Notes under the pieces: model-generated | The model's input: the letters and a program-made list of their open reading frames with translations, nothing else | What the model was told of the DNA's origin: nothing | The model's database searches: none | Part shown: one piece after another, positions 44,130 through 55,050 of the stretch | How positions within the stretch are numbered: the stretch's first letter is position 1 | Layout: each line of letters begins with the position of its first letter | Program-made: the position numbers and the translations under genes | IMG/VR virus record: IMGVR_UViG_3300025679_000005 | Direction: 5' to 3' (one strand) | Length of the DNA: 64,000 nt | From: a virus | Lineage: Duplodnaviria; Caudoviricetes

Positions 44130-44933
44130 ATGGATTTGGCAACCCTAAAGCGCTTCGAGAGTCATTTACAGACAGCATACCCTAACTTTAGGGTATGCTT
44201 CAAGGATCAGTCCTGGGCTCAAAAGTTGCTAGGGTTCCTCATGATCTTCAATCCGGGGTACATGACCGAATTCATCACGACCATTGGAAGTACGGTCTAT
44301 TTCCCAACGCAGGCTTTTTACGAGGCGTCCCCTGAGGACAGTGTCGTTATCCTTGCTCATGAGTCGGTGCACATATACGATTCGCAACGAACCCTCTGGT
44401 TCAAGTTGTCCTATCTGTTCCCTCAGGTGTTGGCCCTGGTCCCAGCGATACTGTTCATAGCGTTGACTGGCCTACATTCTTGGGTGTTGGCCATCCCATT
44501 AGTTGGGTACGTCATTGCTTGCGGCGCGTACAAGTTATCGAAGCTTGTTTTTGGCCTAGTGCTGGGGGTAAGCCTCATGGTTTTTTTGGCGCTAGGCTGT
44601 TACTACACAGGCTGGAGCATGCTGGTCCTTCTAGGTCTAGTTGTGCTGGCTCCTTGGCCGGCCCCTTGGCGGGTTAAGTGGGAACTTCGAGGCTACGGTA
44701 TGACCTTGGCTGTGATGCAGTGGGTGTGGCATTGTGCTGTGACTAATCGCCCTAATGTAGTGGCCCACTTCGTCGATGCCTCGTACTTTTTCATGAGCTG
44801 GAGTCGAGCAGCTGTGGACAAGAACCTCGAAGCCACTAGGCAGCAAGCCGAGGCTGGCGCCTTGCAGCGAGTAGCCCCCTACTCGACTGTCTACGCTTTT
44901 CTTGAGAGTAATCGGCTCCTTTACGGCCAGTGA
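44130..44933 (+). CDS. membrane-associated HExxH metalloprotease-like protein
   Basis: LAHESVH, several TM segments, WELRGY. Confidence 0.65.
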   Translation: MDLATLKRFESHLQTAYPNFRVCFKDQSWAQKLLGFLMIFNPGYMTEFITTIGSTVYFPTQAFYEASPEDSVVILAHESVHIYDSQRTLWFKLSYLFPQVLALVPAILFIALTGLHSWVLAIPLVGYVIACGAYKLSKLVFGLVLGVSLMVFLALGCYYTGWSMLVLLGLVVLAPWPAPWRVKWELRGYGMTLAVMQWVWHCAVTNRPNVVAHFVDASYFFMSWSRAAVDKNLEATRQQAEAGALQRVAPYSTVYAFLESNRLLYGQ

Positions 44934-44938
44934 TCTAA

Positions 44939-45139
44939 ATGTCCTCAGATCAGAGCACCATGCGTTGCCTGCGGTGTAAAAGCACTCTGGAACGAACAGG
45001 CAAAGAGGTCTACAGGTTTGAATGTACAAGCTGCAAACAGCACTATTTTGCTGTCATGCAACTAGTGCCTGTGGCCGCGCCTGTAGACGCATTGCTTTTG
45101 GAGGCTCCAGTTGTTGAGCGAGGTTCGGGAACAGGCTAG
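44939..45139 (+). CDS. small Zn-ribbon protein
   Basis: CLRC..CTSC. Confidence 0.55.
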   Translation: MSSDQSTMRCLRCKSTLERTGKEVYRFECTSCKQHYFAVMQLVPVAAPVDALLLEAPVVERGSGTG

Positions 45140-46088
45140 AGGTGTCGCGTATCTCCGAAAGGTGGTCGCGAACCAGTGCAAAATACCTCTACTATTAGTT
45201 GGGGACGAGGGCGTAGGGAAGCGATTCTCGGTTTTAGAAGCCATCAAAGAGGACTTCTCTGACGGGAACCCCTCTGACAAGCAGTGTTTGCAAGTAGCTA
45301 GAGGGGTCCACCCAGACCTAACGCTTCTTGCTTCCAGTGGCGGCAAGGAGATAGGCATCGAAGAGATGCGCGGTGCCCTGGAGGAGGCTAAAACGTACCC
45401 GACGGTTGCGCGGCGTAGGTACATCGTGATCGACGGTGCCGACCAGCTGACTGAGCCGGCTGCGAATGCAGTCCTCAAAACACTGGAGGAACCCCCTAAG
45501 GTGGTGCGATTTATTCTCCTTGCGAATTCGATCGAAAGGGTGATCCCTACAATAGTCTCTCGATGTGGGGAAGTCCGCTATAATCGGTTGAGTGAAGCAT
45601 TTATCACCAGCACTTTGAGCCAGCTTACGGATGATCCGATGAAGGTGCTCGTATACACGCGCCTGTCAGAGGGCTCTGTTGGACGTGCAGTTCAGTTTCT
45701 AGGATCAAATCGGATCAGCTTCAGAAATCGTGTGCTTGACATCCTCAAGATGGCCTTGACGGGAGACTTGTCTTCTCTGTTCGCTGCAATTGATGATATG
45801 CTCCCAGAGAAGAAGTCTACGGAGCAGAAGGACTCCGAGCTGCTCCTCGCCATTCGTTTTTTAGAACATCTAGTGCTCGACCTTCTGCTCATCCCCCACG
45901 CCCCCGACCGCATCACCAACATGGATCTACGTGAAGAATTGACAGTGCTGTGTGAAAAAATAGGCCATACGCGCTTGTCTGCTTTGCGTAGGGAGATCAG
46001 TGTGGCACAAGATCGTTCATCGCATGCCAAGGTGAGCTTGCACCATCAGGTCAAGAATTGTTTCTCCGTTGCTTTCTCGCAGCGTTGA
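45111..46088 (+). CDS. holB: DNA polymerase III clamp-loader delta-prime-like subunit
   Basis: GDEGVGK, HPD, VIDGADQLTEPAANAVLKTLEEPP, TIVSRC. Confidence 0.88.
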   Translation: MLSEVREQARGVAYLRKVVANQCKIPLLLVGDEGVGKRFSVLEAIKEDFSDGNPSDKQCLQVARGVHPDLTLLASSGGKEIGIEEMRGALEEAKTYPTVARRRYIVIDGADQLTEPAANAVLKTLEEPPKVVRFILLANSIERVIPTIVSRCGEVRYNRLSEAFITSTLSQLTDDPMKVLVYTRLSEGSVGRAVQFLGSNRISFRNRVLDILKMALTGDLSSLFAAIDDMLPEKKSTEQKDSELLLAIRFLEHLVLDLLLIPHAPDRITNMDLREELTVLCEKIGHTRLSALRREISVAQDRSSHAKVSLHHQVKNCFSVAFSQR

Positions 46089-46095
46089 GTTGAAC

Positions 46096-47061
46096 ATGGC
46101 CAGCAAGATCCCTCCATTCTTCATTTTCTATGGCGACGAAGAAGTGTTGCTTAATCGCGCAGTGTTCGCGCACAAGGCTTCTTTCGGAGACAGGGATGTG
46201 ATCACCCTAAATGGCTCTGAGAAAGAGAACTCCGTGGTGACGCTGTGCGAGACTCGTGCGATGTTTGGGGATGTTGAACGGCATGTTGTGATCCAAGATG
46301 CCAACGACATCAAACTAGAGGGCGCCCTTAAAAAGTATCTGGAAGAACTGAACCCAGAGCATAGCTCATCGATTCTGACGGCCGTCATACACGAGCCGAA
46401 GTTGCCGACGGCCTGGGCGGCTCTAGCCAAAAGTCACGGTTCTGTCTCTAGCTTCTTGAAGCTCAAGCGGTGGGATAAGGTCGGCTTTAGGAAGCGTGTG
46501 ATCGACGAAGCCCATCGTCTATTTCTGAATTTGGACGAGGGCGCTTTGGAGTTCCTGGATAGGCATTTTGGGGACAACCTAGCAGGCATCTATAACGAAT
46601 TGGGGAAACTCAAGTACTTCGTAAGCGACGGCTTCGTCACCAAAGCGCATGTCGTGTCTGTGATATCCCCCGACAGGCACGTCAAGCCGTGGGAGGTCGC
46701 AGATGCGGCTTTGGCTAGAAAGCTCAATGAGGCCCTGCACTGTCTGACTATCATGTATGCGAATGACGAAGGCTCCTCAATACCTGTCGCCAATAGCCTG
46801 TTGTCGAAGGTGGAGCAACTTTTGATCGCACGTCAGATGCTTGATCAGGGGGACGGCCCTAGCATTCTAGCGGTGCGTTTCAATATGACAGAGTGGGCTT
46901 GCCGAAATAACCTGCTTCCCTTGATGAGTCTTTACACGACAGCGAAGCTCAAGAAGCATTACAATCGTCTATGTAAATTAGACTACGAAATACGTAGTTC
47001 GGCAAGGTCCAAGAGAACCTTGGTTGAGCTTGCTGTGATCGCTATCGCAAAGGATCAGTGA
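46096..47061 (+). CDS. holA: DNA polymerase III clamp-loader delta-like subunit
   Basis: FIFYGDEEVLL, NELGKL, C-terminal LDYEIRS; adjacent to holB. Confidence 0.75.
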   Translation: MASKIPPFFIFYGDEEVLLNRAVFAHKASFGDRDVITLNGSEKENSVVTLCETRAMFGDVERHVVIQDANDIKLEGALKKYLEELNPEHSSSILTAVIHEPKLPTAWAALAKSHGSVSSFLKLKRWDKVGFRKRVIDEAHRLFLNLDEGALEFLDRHFGDNLAGIYNELGKLKYFVSDGFVTKAHVVSVISPDRHVKPWEVADAALARKLNEALHCLTIMYANDEGSSIPVANSLLSKVEQLLIARQMLDQGDGPSILAVRFNMTEWACRNNLLPLMSLYTTAKLKKHYNRLCKLDYEIRSSARSKRTLVELAVIAIAKDQ

Positions 47062-47063
47062 GA

Positions 47064-48026
47064 ATGACGCTACTTACGCCACGAGTTACTTACGCTCCTT
47101 TCGAGTACCAACAGGCTTACAAGTACTGGGAATTGCAGCAGCAGAGTCATTGGCTCCACACCGAGGTGTCTATGGCATCGGACATCAACGACTGGAAGAT
47201 GACCCTCTCTGACGGAGAAAAGCACGCAGTTGGGCATATCCTCAAGGGTTTCACTCAGTCCGAGGTGTTCATCCAGGAGTACTGGAGTCAGATGGTGGGC
47301 AAGTGGTTCAAGAAACCTGAGATACAGATGATGGCGGCGACGTTTGCCAGCTTCGAGTCGATTCATGCCGTGTCGTACGCCTATCTGAATCAGTCGCTGG
47401 GCCTGGAGGATTTTGGGGCATTCCTTCACGAGCCGACGGCCAAGGCCAAAATAGACCGTCTGATCTCGACTAAAGGCAAGTCCAAGGAAGAGATAGCCAA
47501 GTCGTTGGCCATTTTCTCAGCCTTCAATGAGGGCGTGAACCTGTTTTCCAGCTTCGCAATCCTATTGAACTTCAGCCGTTTCAACAAGATGAAGGGCTTG
47601 GGTCAGATCATCGCCTTCTCAATCAAGGACGAGAGCTTGCACTCGGACGCCGGCTGCTGGCTGTTCAGGACGCTTGTGTCGGAGTACCCGGGCATCCTCA
47701 CGGACGAACTCAAGGAAGAAATCTACGAGGCTGCCAAGGTCACTGTAGAACTAGAGGACGACTTCATTGAGAAGGCCTTCGAGGAGACCCAGCTAGAGGG
47801 ACTCGATGTGAAGGATATGAAGAACTTCATTAGGTTCCGTACAAACACCAAGCTCAATGATCTGGGTTTGGCCAAGCGTTGGAAGAACCTAGATAAGGAG
47901 GCTCTGGAGCGAATGGCCTGGTTCGATGTTATGTCTGCGGGTGTAGCGCACACGGATTTCTTTGCTCAGCGTACTACTGACTACGCCAAGGGCTCGATGG
48001 ATTTCTCCAAGATTTGGGATAAGTGA
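47064..48026 (+). CDS. nrdB: ribonucleotide reductase class Ia beta subunit
   Basis: HWLHTEV, FESIHAVSY, FNEGVNLFSSF, IKDESLHS. Confidence 0.95.
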   Translation: MTLLTPRVTYAPFEYQQAYKYWELQQQSHWLHTEVSMASDINDWKMTLSDGEKHAVGHILKGFTQSEVFIQEYWSQMVGKWFKKPEIQMMAATFASFESIHAVSYAYLNQSLGLEDFGAFLHEPTAKAKIDRLISTKGKSKEEIAKSLAIFSAFNEGVNLFSSFAILLNFSRFNKMKGLGQIIAFSIKDESLHSDAGCWLFRTLVSEYPGILTDELKEEIYEAAKVTVELEDDFIEKAFEETQLEGLDVKDMKNFIRFRTNTKLNDLGLAKRWKNLDKEALERMAWFDVMSAGVAHTDFFAQRTTDYAKGSMDFSKIWDK

Positions 48027-48028
48027 TC

Positions 48029-49729
48029 ATGAAACGTACCCTCGAAGAACTCAAGGCTGACGGCGAAGTACCCTCCTGGATGAACGATGAGGGTTTTCGT
48101 ACCCTAAAGGGCGGCTACCTACTTCTTGGGGAGACTCCCAAGGATATGTACCGCCGCGTGGCACGGGCTGCGGCGTCGTACTATCGAGACTCGAAGAAGT
48201 GGGAAGAGAAGTTCTACGAGGTCATGTGGAAGAACTGGTTATGCCCGGCATCTCCTGTGTTGTCGAATCTAGGGTCTACTAGGGGTTTGCCGATATCCTG
48301 CAACTCGATCCATGTCCACGATTCTGTAGACTCGATCTTTTGGAAGAACCACGAACTAGCCATGCTTTCGAAGAATGGTGCTGGCGTGGGTATCTATCTG
48401 GGGGACATCCGAGGTCGAGGGGCTGCCATCAACGGTAACGGCAAATCGGAAGGTGTTATCCCGTGGGCGAAGGTCTTCGACACAACGACCTTGAGTGTGA
48501 ACCAGGGTAGTACTCGACGCGGTGCCTCGGCAGTATACCTGCCCATCGAACACGGTGACATCAACGAGTTCATCAACATTCGACGCCCCGTTGGAGATAT
48601 GAACCGGCGGTGTCTGAACCTTAACCATGGGGTGTGTATTACAGATGCTTGGATGAGGTCGATGCTTGACGGGGATGTCGCCAAGCGGGAACTTTGGGTA
48701 GAAATACTCAAGGCTCGCGTGGAAACGGGCGAGCCTTACATGTTCTTCACCGACAACGTGAACCGTCAGAATCCAGAATGCTACACGGGCAACGGACTCA
48801 GCGTGAAGACATCCAACATCTGTACCGAGGTGTTCCTCCACACAGACCCGGATCACAGCTTCGTATGCTGCCTGTCCTCTTTGAATCTCGTCAAATGGGA
48901 GGAGTGGAAGGACAGCGACGTGGTCAATACTTCGGTTAGGTTCTTGGATGCAGTCCTTGAGGAGTACATCCGCAAGTCCGACGGCGTCAAAGGCCTGGAA
49001 GCTTCCCGAGCAAGCGCTGTTAAAGGCCGTGCACTGGGTATTGGTGTCCTGGGTTGGCACACCCTACTCCAGGAAATGTCCCTCCCCTTTGACGGCTTCG
49101 ACGCTATGGCCCTGAACGCTGAGATATTCCGAACCGTCCGAGCCAAGGCTGAAGAAGAGACCGCGATCTTGGCTGAGGAAATAGGGGAGCCCGAATGGTG
49201 CCTAGGTTACGGGCGTCGTAACACCCACCTCATGGCAGTAGCTCCAACGGTCTCGAACTCCACGATCTCTGGCGGCCACTCGGCCGGAGTCGAGCCTATC
49301 TCTGCCAACATCTACTCCCAGAAGTCGGCCAAAGGTACGTTCATCCGCAAGAACAGCGTTTTGGAGAAGCTCCTCGACACCAAGGGCCGGAATGATTCGG
49401 ACACCTGGAAGGCGATTAATGAAGCTTCTGGCAGTGTACAGCACCTGGACTGCCTGACGGACCAAGAGAAGACAGTCTTCTTGACGGCTCGTGAGATCAA
49501 TCAGCACAGTATTGTCAAGCAAGCGGCCCAACGCCAGAAATGGATCGACCAGGGGCAGTCCATCAACCTGTTCTTTGGCTCTAACTCCGATCCAAAATAC
49601 ATGCATGAGGTGCACATTGCGGCTTGGGAGGGGGGTATGAAGTCCCTGTACTACCTTCGTACCGATGGGGTAATCAAGGGCGATTTGGCTTCCCGTTCCA
49701 AAGAAGAGTGCGTAGCCTGTGAAGGCTGA
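48029..49729 (+). CDS. nrdA: ribonucleotide reductase class Ia alpha subunit (no ATP cone)
   Basis: ISCN, SNICTE, CCLSS, APTVSNS, KSLYY, C-terminal CVACEG. Confidence 0.95.
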   Translation: MKRTLEELKADGEVPSWMNDEGFRTLKGGYLLLGETPKDMYRRVARAAASYYRDSKKWEEKFYEVMWKNWLCPASPVLSNLGSTRGLPISCNSIHVHDSVDSIFWKNHELAMLSKNGAGVGIYLGDIRGRGAAINGNGKSEGVIPWAKVFDTTTLSVNQGSTRRGASAVYLPIEHGDINEFINIRRPVGDMNRRCLNLNHGVCITDAWMRSMLDGDVAKRELWVEILKARVETGEPYMFFTDNVNRQNPECYTGNGLSVKTSNICTEVFLHTDPDHSFVCCLSSLNLVKWEEWKDSDVVNTSVRFLDAVLEEYIRKSDGVKGLEASRASAVKGRALGIGVLGWHTLLQEMSLPFDGFDAMALNAEIFRTVRAKAEEETAILAEEIGEPEWCLGYGRRNTHLMAVAPTVSNSTISGGHSAGVEPISANIYSQKSAKGTFIRKNSVLEKLLDTKGRNDSDTWKAINEASGSVQHLDCLTDQEKTVFLTAREINQHSIVKQAAQRQKWIDQGQSINLFFGSNSDPKYMHEVHIAAWEGGMKSLYYLRTDGVIKGDLASRSKEECVACEG

Positions 49730-50030
49730 AAGGACAAGCATGCCGTTACCCACAGCTTTAGGCCATCTCATTGAAGGGGTGGTCGAGTACAACACGATGA
49801 CGGATCGTTATCAGATCGTCACCCTGGAGGCCGAGGGGTCGGCCAAGACCGTCGATGTCCAGGACCTTCTAGGGCAGTATGAGGGAAAAGAGGTTAGGTT
49901 CACCCTGGCCTCTTTCGATAACTTGTCTGAATTGGCGAAGCTGGTTGAGAGTGCGGGCGGAGGTTTGGTCTCTGGGATAACCCCCGAGCAATTGCCTACA
50001 GTTCCGTTCAATATCGTCCGTAAATCCTAA
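49719..50030 (+). CDS. hypothetical protein
   Basis: 103-aa ORF. Confidence 0.6.
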   Translation: MKAERTSMPLPTALGHLIEGVVEYNTMTDRYQIVTLEAEGSAKTVDVQDLLGQYEGKEVRFTLASFDNLSELAKLVESAGGGLVSGITPEQLPTVPFNIVRKS

Positions 50031-50051
50031 CGATTCGGTGTAAAGGGAGGG

Positions 50052-51974
50052 ATGGTATCGCTCCCTCCCTCCCTTGCTCATCTGGACACCCTGAGGAAGA
50101 AGGTCGTTCAGGCTCAAATCGACTACACTCAGGGAAATCCTACGGTTTCAGATGAGGTGTACGACGCTTGGCGGGACGAGGCAGTTGAGGCCTGTAAGGC
50201 ACTGGGCCTCACCAACGACCCGATCTATGGGATCGGCGCTCCCGTAGAAGAGTCCTCCGAGTGGCCTAAGGTGCGTCATTCCACGTTGATGGGCTCCTTG
50301 GACAAGGTCCAGATCCCAGACCAGATGAATGATTGGGTCAAGGCCCTATCCCGAAAGACCGCTGAGGCTTACTTGATAACGGAGAAGATGGATGGCATAT
50401 CCATCAATCTTCGATTCGAGAATGGCACCCTAGTTCAAGCCTCCACCCGTGGCAGCGGGGTCATCGGGGAGAGTATCACACCCAACGTCCTTCGGATGAA
50501 AGGCTTGCCCAAAGCTCTAGCCAGAGACCTGAACATCACGCTTCGTGGTGAGATCGTGCTCCTCAAGAGCGACTTCCTAGCGCATTTCCCAGACAAAGCC
50601 AATCCCAGGAACACGGCCGCAGGTGTCTCTAAGCGGTCGGATGGCAAAGGGTGCGAGCACCTCTCGATCATCGTCTACCAGATTCAAGAGGGGTATGACT
50701 CGATCACAGAGTACGAGCAGTTCCTGCATATGGCTTCGTTGGGGTTCACTCTCCCCAACTTCTCGATCGTGTATGATGCGGCTGGCATCAATTCGGAGTG
50801 GGCTCGTTACCAGGCAGGCTTCCGGGACTCCCTGGACTATGAGATCGATGGTCTGGTCATTCGTTTGAATGACCTGGCGTACCAATACTCTCTAGGCGAG
50901 ACGAACGGCTGCCCTCAGGGAGCTGTGGCCTACAAGTTCACCCCCATTGCCAAAGAGACTACGATTAGGGAGATTCTCTGGCAGGTGGGCAGCATTGGTC
51001 GGATCACCCCTGTCGCAGTGTTTGATACCGTGAACCTCATCGGGGCTGCAACATCCAGAGCCAGCCTTTACAATCTGAAATACGTTGAAGATCTGGGAAT
51101 CGACATCGGGGCCAAGGTCCTAGTAGTCCGCGCCAATGACGTGATTCCCAGAGTACACCAGGTGACGGCTTCTACGGGAACGGTCGCGAAACCTCCGGGA
51201 CAGTGCCCTGTATGTTCAGCTGTTACCGCCCAAGATGGGGAGTACATTATCTGCCCTAATGTCTCGGAATGCCCCGCTCAGGTCGTTGGGCGGATCAAGC
51301 AGTGGGTGGCGGAGCTGGGGATCCTCGAATGGGGTGAGTCAGTCATTCAGAAGCTGGTGGATGCCGGCCTGGTGACCCACGTGGCGGACCTCTACAGGCT
51401 CAAACAAGACCAGGTAGCCGCCCTTGACCGGATGGGCGACAAGTCTGCCAAGAACGTTCTGAAGACCCTCTGGGGGGCCGCGGAGATGCCTCTGGAGAAG
51501 CTCCTGGGTGGGCTCAGCATTCCGCTTTGCGCCACTTCTACCATTCGAATTCTTGTGGACGCAGGGATGGACTCTGTGGATAAGATCGCCTCGGCGTCGG
51601 TCGACACCCTCCAGAAGGTCCCGGGGATGGGGCCTAAGCGGGCGGAAGCTTTGGTTGCCTGGCTCAAGGATCACCGTCCCATTGTGGATGACATCTTGTC
51701 TGTGGGTGTGAAGATCACTGCTAGGGCTCAAGGTGGTCTCACGGGTAAGTCTGTGTGTTTTACTGGCAAGTCGACCCGAAAGCGTGCCGAGTTGGAGCAG
51801 CTGGCCGAAGCCGCTGGGGGCACTGTTAAGAACTCCGTAGGCAAAGGTTTGACCTTTCTCGTGCTGGCCGACCCGAATTCGACATCCTCTAAGGCAGAGG
51901 CCGCCCGTAAGAACGGTACGACTTGTGTCTCCGAAGAAGACTTCGTGACCATGTGTGGTACTCCAAATGTCTGA
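50052..51974 (+). CDS. ligA: NAD-dependent DNA ligase
   Basis: EKMDG, RGEI, EIDGLV, RANDVIP, CPVC Zn finger, HhH, BRCT. Confidence 0.96.
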   Translation: MVSLPPSLAHLDTLRKKVVQAQIDYTQGNPTVSDEVYDAWRDEAVEACKALGLTNDPIYGIGAPVEESSEWPKVRHSTLMGSLDKVQIPDQMNDWVKALSRKTAEAYLITEKMDGISINLRFENGTLVQASTRGSGVIGESITPNVLRMKGLPKALARDLNITLRGEIVLLKSDFLAHFPDKANPRNTAAGVSKRSDGKGCEHLSIIVYQIQEGYDSITEYEQFLHMASLGFTLPNFSIVYDAAGINSEWARYQAGFRDSLDYEIDGLVIRLNDLAYQYSLGETNGCPQGAVAYKFTPIAKETTIREILWQVGSIGRITPVAVFDTVNLIGAATSRASLYNLKYVEDLGIDIGAKVLVVRANDVIPRVHQVTASTGTVAKPPGQCPVCSAVTAQDGEYIICPNVSECPAQVVGRIKQWVAELGILEWGESVIQKLVDAGLVTHVADLYRLKQDQVAALDRMGDKSAKNVLKTLWGAAEMPLEKLLGGLSIPLCATSTIRILVDAGMDSVDKIASASVDTLQKVPGMGPKRAEALVAWLKDHRPIVDDILSVGVKITARAQGGLTGKSVCFTGKSTRKRAELEQLAEAAGGTVKNSVGKGLTFLVLADPNSTSSKAEAARKNGTTCVSEEDFVTMCGTPNV

Positions 51975-54177
51975 TACTTTACGGGGCCGTGTGTACTCGG
52001 TCGTGTTCAGCCAGGACGGGTACTACATCCTGAATTTCGATCCGGACGGCGGTGGTCGACCGGTCAAAGTCAAGGGTAACCTATATGGGCTGCTCCAAAT
52101 AAAGGCAGGCATTGCCATCGAGCTGGTGGGGAAATGGGCCACCAGTAAGAAGTACGGTCAGGAGTTCCTCATCCAGACTTGGCAACCTTGGGGAGACACG
52201 GCCGCGGAGGTCTCCGATTTCCTACAAACGTGTGTGAAGGAGTTCGCAGATTTTAGAGTGGTAGATGCTTTGGTTAAAACCCACGGTGTGTCTACCTACG
52301 AGCAGCTCACCAAACTAGCCGATGTCGTGATCGAGGCTCCGGAAGGGTTCTACCCGGATGTCTCCAAAGAGAGTATGTCTAAGGCAGTCCTGGGTTGGGA
52401 GACTGCCTTATCAACACGAGACCTCTCCGTACTGCTTCGGGAGGGGGGTCTAGGGGCCATGGAGGTCCAGGCGGCCATGGCTCGTTTTGGAGCCGACGCC
52501 CCCAGGATTGTTGCAGAGAACCCGTATCGTTTGATGGAAATATTGGGGTTTTCGTTCGCCAAAATAGACAAGCTGGCGATGAACCTGGGCTGTAAGTTTA
52601 GTGACCACAGGCGCATACAAGGGCTGGTGCTCTGGGCTCTTCAGGAAGCTGCCAAGCAAGGGCACCTCTACCTACGCAGAGGGGAATTGAGCGAGCACAT
52701 TGCGGAGTTGGCCAAGAAGGACAGTCTGGTGTTGTCGCTTGCCGAGCCGGCCAAGGTATACGACGCTGCGGTTGTCGAGCTAGTAGAACACAAGGCGGTG
52801 ATGCTCGATGTGGAGGCAGGCCTGTACCTACCTCAGCTGTTCGAGTTTGAGCGCAAAAGCGCCAAGTACATTGCCACCCTGCTTACAGAGTCCATCCCTC
52901 TTGGGGTAGACTCGTCCGCCTTCATAGAAGCCTATGAGAAGTCCCACCACATTCGCCTCTCTGACGCTCAGAGACAGGCGGTAGAACTGCTGTCCAAACA
53001 CAGGGCTCTGGTGATTACGGGGCTGCCTGGCACGGGAAAAACCACCGTCCTGAGAGCCCTCGTGAGGTTTTTGGAGGAGGCTAAGGTGAGCTTCAAGCTC
53101 ATGGCTCCTACAGGCATTGCGGCTAAGCGTCTGGCGTCGGTGACGGGCCACGAGGCGTCCACGGTGCACAGAGCCCTCAAGTACGACGGCAGCGCCTGGG
53201 GGTGCCACGAGAACAACTACTTCATGACAGACGCGGTCATCACCGACGAAGCCAGTATGATGGATCAGGAGCTGCTCTACCGGCTTCTGAGTGCTTTGCG
53301 TTCGGACACCAGGGTCGTTCTGGTGGGGGATGACGCTCAGCTACCCTCGGTAGGCCCGGGAAACGTTCTTCGAGAACTCATCGACTGCAAGTCGGTCCCC
53401 CATGTCAAGCTAACTGAGATCTTTCGCCAGGACTCTCAGGGGGAGATCGTCACCAATTCTCACAGGATAAACTCTGGGAAGATGCCTGAGCTGGCTGACC
53501 CTAAAAAGGAATCGGAATTCAAGTTCGTCAGGCTCAGTGATGAGGCTAGGATCGCAAGTTTGATCGTGGAGATGGCTGTCAAGCTCAAGTCACGGGACGC
53601 CAACTTTCAAGTGCTATCACCCAAGTACGATGGCATCGTGGGGGTAGACAACCTCAATGAGATGCTTCGTGACGCCCTGAATCCCTCTGGTCCTAAAGAG
53701 TGGTCTAACGGTAAACAGAGGTTCAGAGAGGGCGACCGTCTCATGGTCATCCAAAATGACTACAAGCTCAAGGTCTACAACGGAGACGTGGGCAAGTTGC
53801 GTTACGTGAACAAGGACACCTTAATTGTGAAGATCCATGGGTTGGGGTCGCAGTTGGAAGAGGACATCAGCTTCCCTGAAGGGGTAGCGGGCTCTAAGTT
53901 GAGACTGGCTTACGCCATCACAGTCCATAAGAGCCAGGGCTCTGAGTTCGATACCATCATCCTCCCAATCGTTCGGACTCAGGGCCGCATGCTGCAACGC
54001 AACCTTCTGTATACGGCGGTCACTAGGGCTAAGAAGCGCGTCTGGCTAATTGGCGAAGAGACGGCTATTCAGAAGGCGATTGAGAACAACAAGGTAGTAC
54101 GTAGGAACACGGTCTTGTCAAAGGCCATCGCAGGCAATCTGGTAGCTGTGGGCGTACCTGTCGGAGACAAATCATGA
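51967..54177 (+). CDS. recD2: RecD2-like SF1B helicase
   Basis: GLPGTGKTT, DEASM, VGDDAQLPSVGPG, AYAITVHKSQGSE, LYTAVTRA. Confidence 0.95.
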   Translation: MSDTLRGRVYSVVFSQDGYYILNFDPDGGGRPVKVKGNLYGLLQIKAGIAIELVGKWATSKKYGQEFLIQTWQPWGDTAAEVSDFLQTCVKEFADFRVVDALVKTHGVSTYEQLTKLADVVIEAPEGFYPDVSKESMSKAVLGWETALSTRDLSVLLREGGLGAMEVQAAMARFGADAPRIVAENPYRLMEILGFSFAKIDKLAMNLGCKFSDHRRIQGLVLWALQEAAKQGHLYLRRGELSEHIAELAKKDSLVLSLAEPAKVYDAAVVELVEHKAVMLDVEAGLYLPQLFEFERKSAKYIATLLTESIPLGVDSSAFIEAYEKSHHIRLSDAQRQAVELLSKHRALVITGLPGTGKTTVLRALVRFLEEAKVSFKLMAPTGIAAKRLASVTGHEASTVHRALKYDGSAWGCHENNYFMTDAVITDEASMMDQELLYRLLSALRSDTRVVLVGDDAQLPSVGPGNVLRELIDCKSVPHVKLTEIFRQDSQGEIVTNSHRINSGKMPELADPKKESEFKFVRLSDEARIASLIVEMAVKLKSRDANFQVLSPKYDGIVGVDNLNEMLRDALNPSGPKEWSNGKQRFREGDRLMVIQNDYKLKVYNGDVGKLRYVNKDTLIVKIHGLGSQLEEDISFPEGVAGSKLRLAYAITVHKSQGSEFDTIILPIVRTQGRMLQRNLLYTAVTRAKKRVWLIGEETAIQKAIENNKVVRRNTVLSKAIAGNLVAVGVPVGDKS

Positions 54178-54944
54178 AGCAAGAACGCATCGAAGCCATC
54201 TATGATCAATTAGGGGACCTGGTAGTCGAACTATCCAGGGATCCCGTATCGATGGGTCCTGCTTACTTGCAAGACCTGATTGCAAGGACCCGCGGCTACC
54301 TCAATATAGCCAGCAATATGGTGCATGAGGTGCACCGCCAGAAGTCGTCTATTGAGACCGAGCTGGATGCCAAAGAAGCGGCGTTCCTGATCAGCTCGGA
54401 TGGCTTATTGGCTGACGATGCAAGGGTGACTCGTCTCCCTAATATTGAGGATCGAAAGGCCATGATCAACCTGATTCTAAGGGAAGAACGGGCTGAAATA
54501 CTGAAGCTAAAGAACCAGGTAAAAGAGCTTGGATTCGTGGACAAAGCCATCCGACACCGCCATAAGGAGTTGGACAATACAATGAGCGCCATTCGCATGC
54601 AGAAGGCCCTCATTGACTCTGAACTGAGAACAGGCGCCTTTTATGGGGATGAAACGGAAACCTCCCGTAAGTCATCCTACAGAGCCCCTTCAAAGGGCCC
54701 TGTGACGGCCGATAGCTTCTCTATCGACGACTCGGAGCTTCTACAGCTTCTGGAAGGCTCTGCGGAGCCTATAGGCCTGCTAGGCGCGGGCGAAATTATT
54801 GAGGAGGATGAGGACCCACAATCAGTAGTGGTGGCCCCTGCTGAAGAGCCCAAGGCAATGACAGCTGCGGAGTCTGAGGACAGCATGGCAGTCGAAAAAT
54901 TCTTGGAAGGCGACGATTATTCAGCAGTGTTTGACAATCTTTGA
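54174..54944 (+). CDS. coiled-coil protein with acidic tail
   Basis: 256-aa helical ORF in the recombination cluster. Confidence 0.7.
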   Translation: MKQERIEAIYDQLGDLVVELSRDPVSMGPAYLQDLIARTRGYLNIASNMVHEVHRQKSSIETELDAKEAAFLISSDGLLADDARVTRLPNIEDRKAMINLILREERAEILKLKNQVKELGFVDKAIRHRHKELDNTMSAIRMQKALIDSELRTGAFYGDETETSRKSSYRAPSKGPVTADSFSIDDSELLQLLEGSAEPIGLLGAGEIIEEDEDPQSVVVAPAEEPKAMTAAESEDSMAVEKFLEGDDYSAVFDNL

Positions 54945-55050
54945 TTGCACACGGTGTAGTAGCCAATAACGAGTTCACACCCCTACCCAACAACCTAATT
55001 TGTAGGTGGTGAGGACCCTTTTCAATCAGCAGTAGGAGCAAGAAACCATC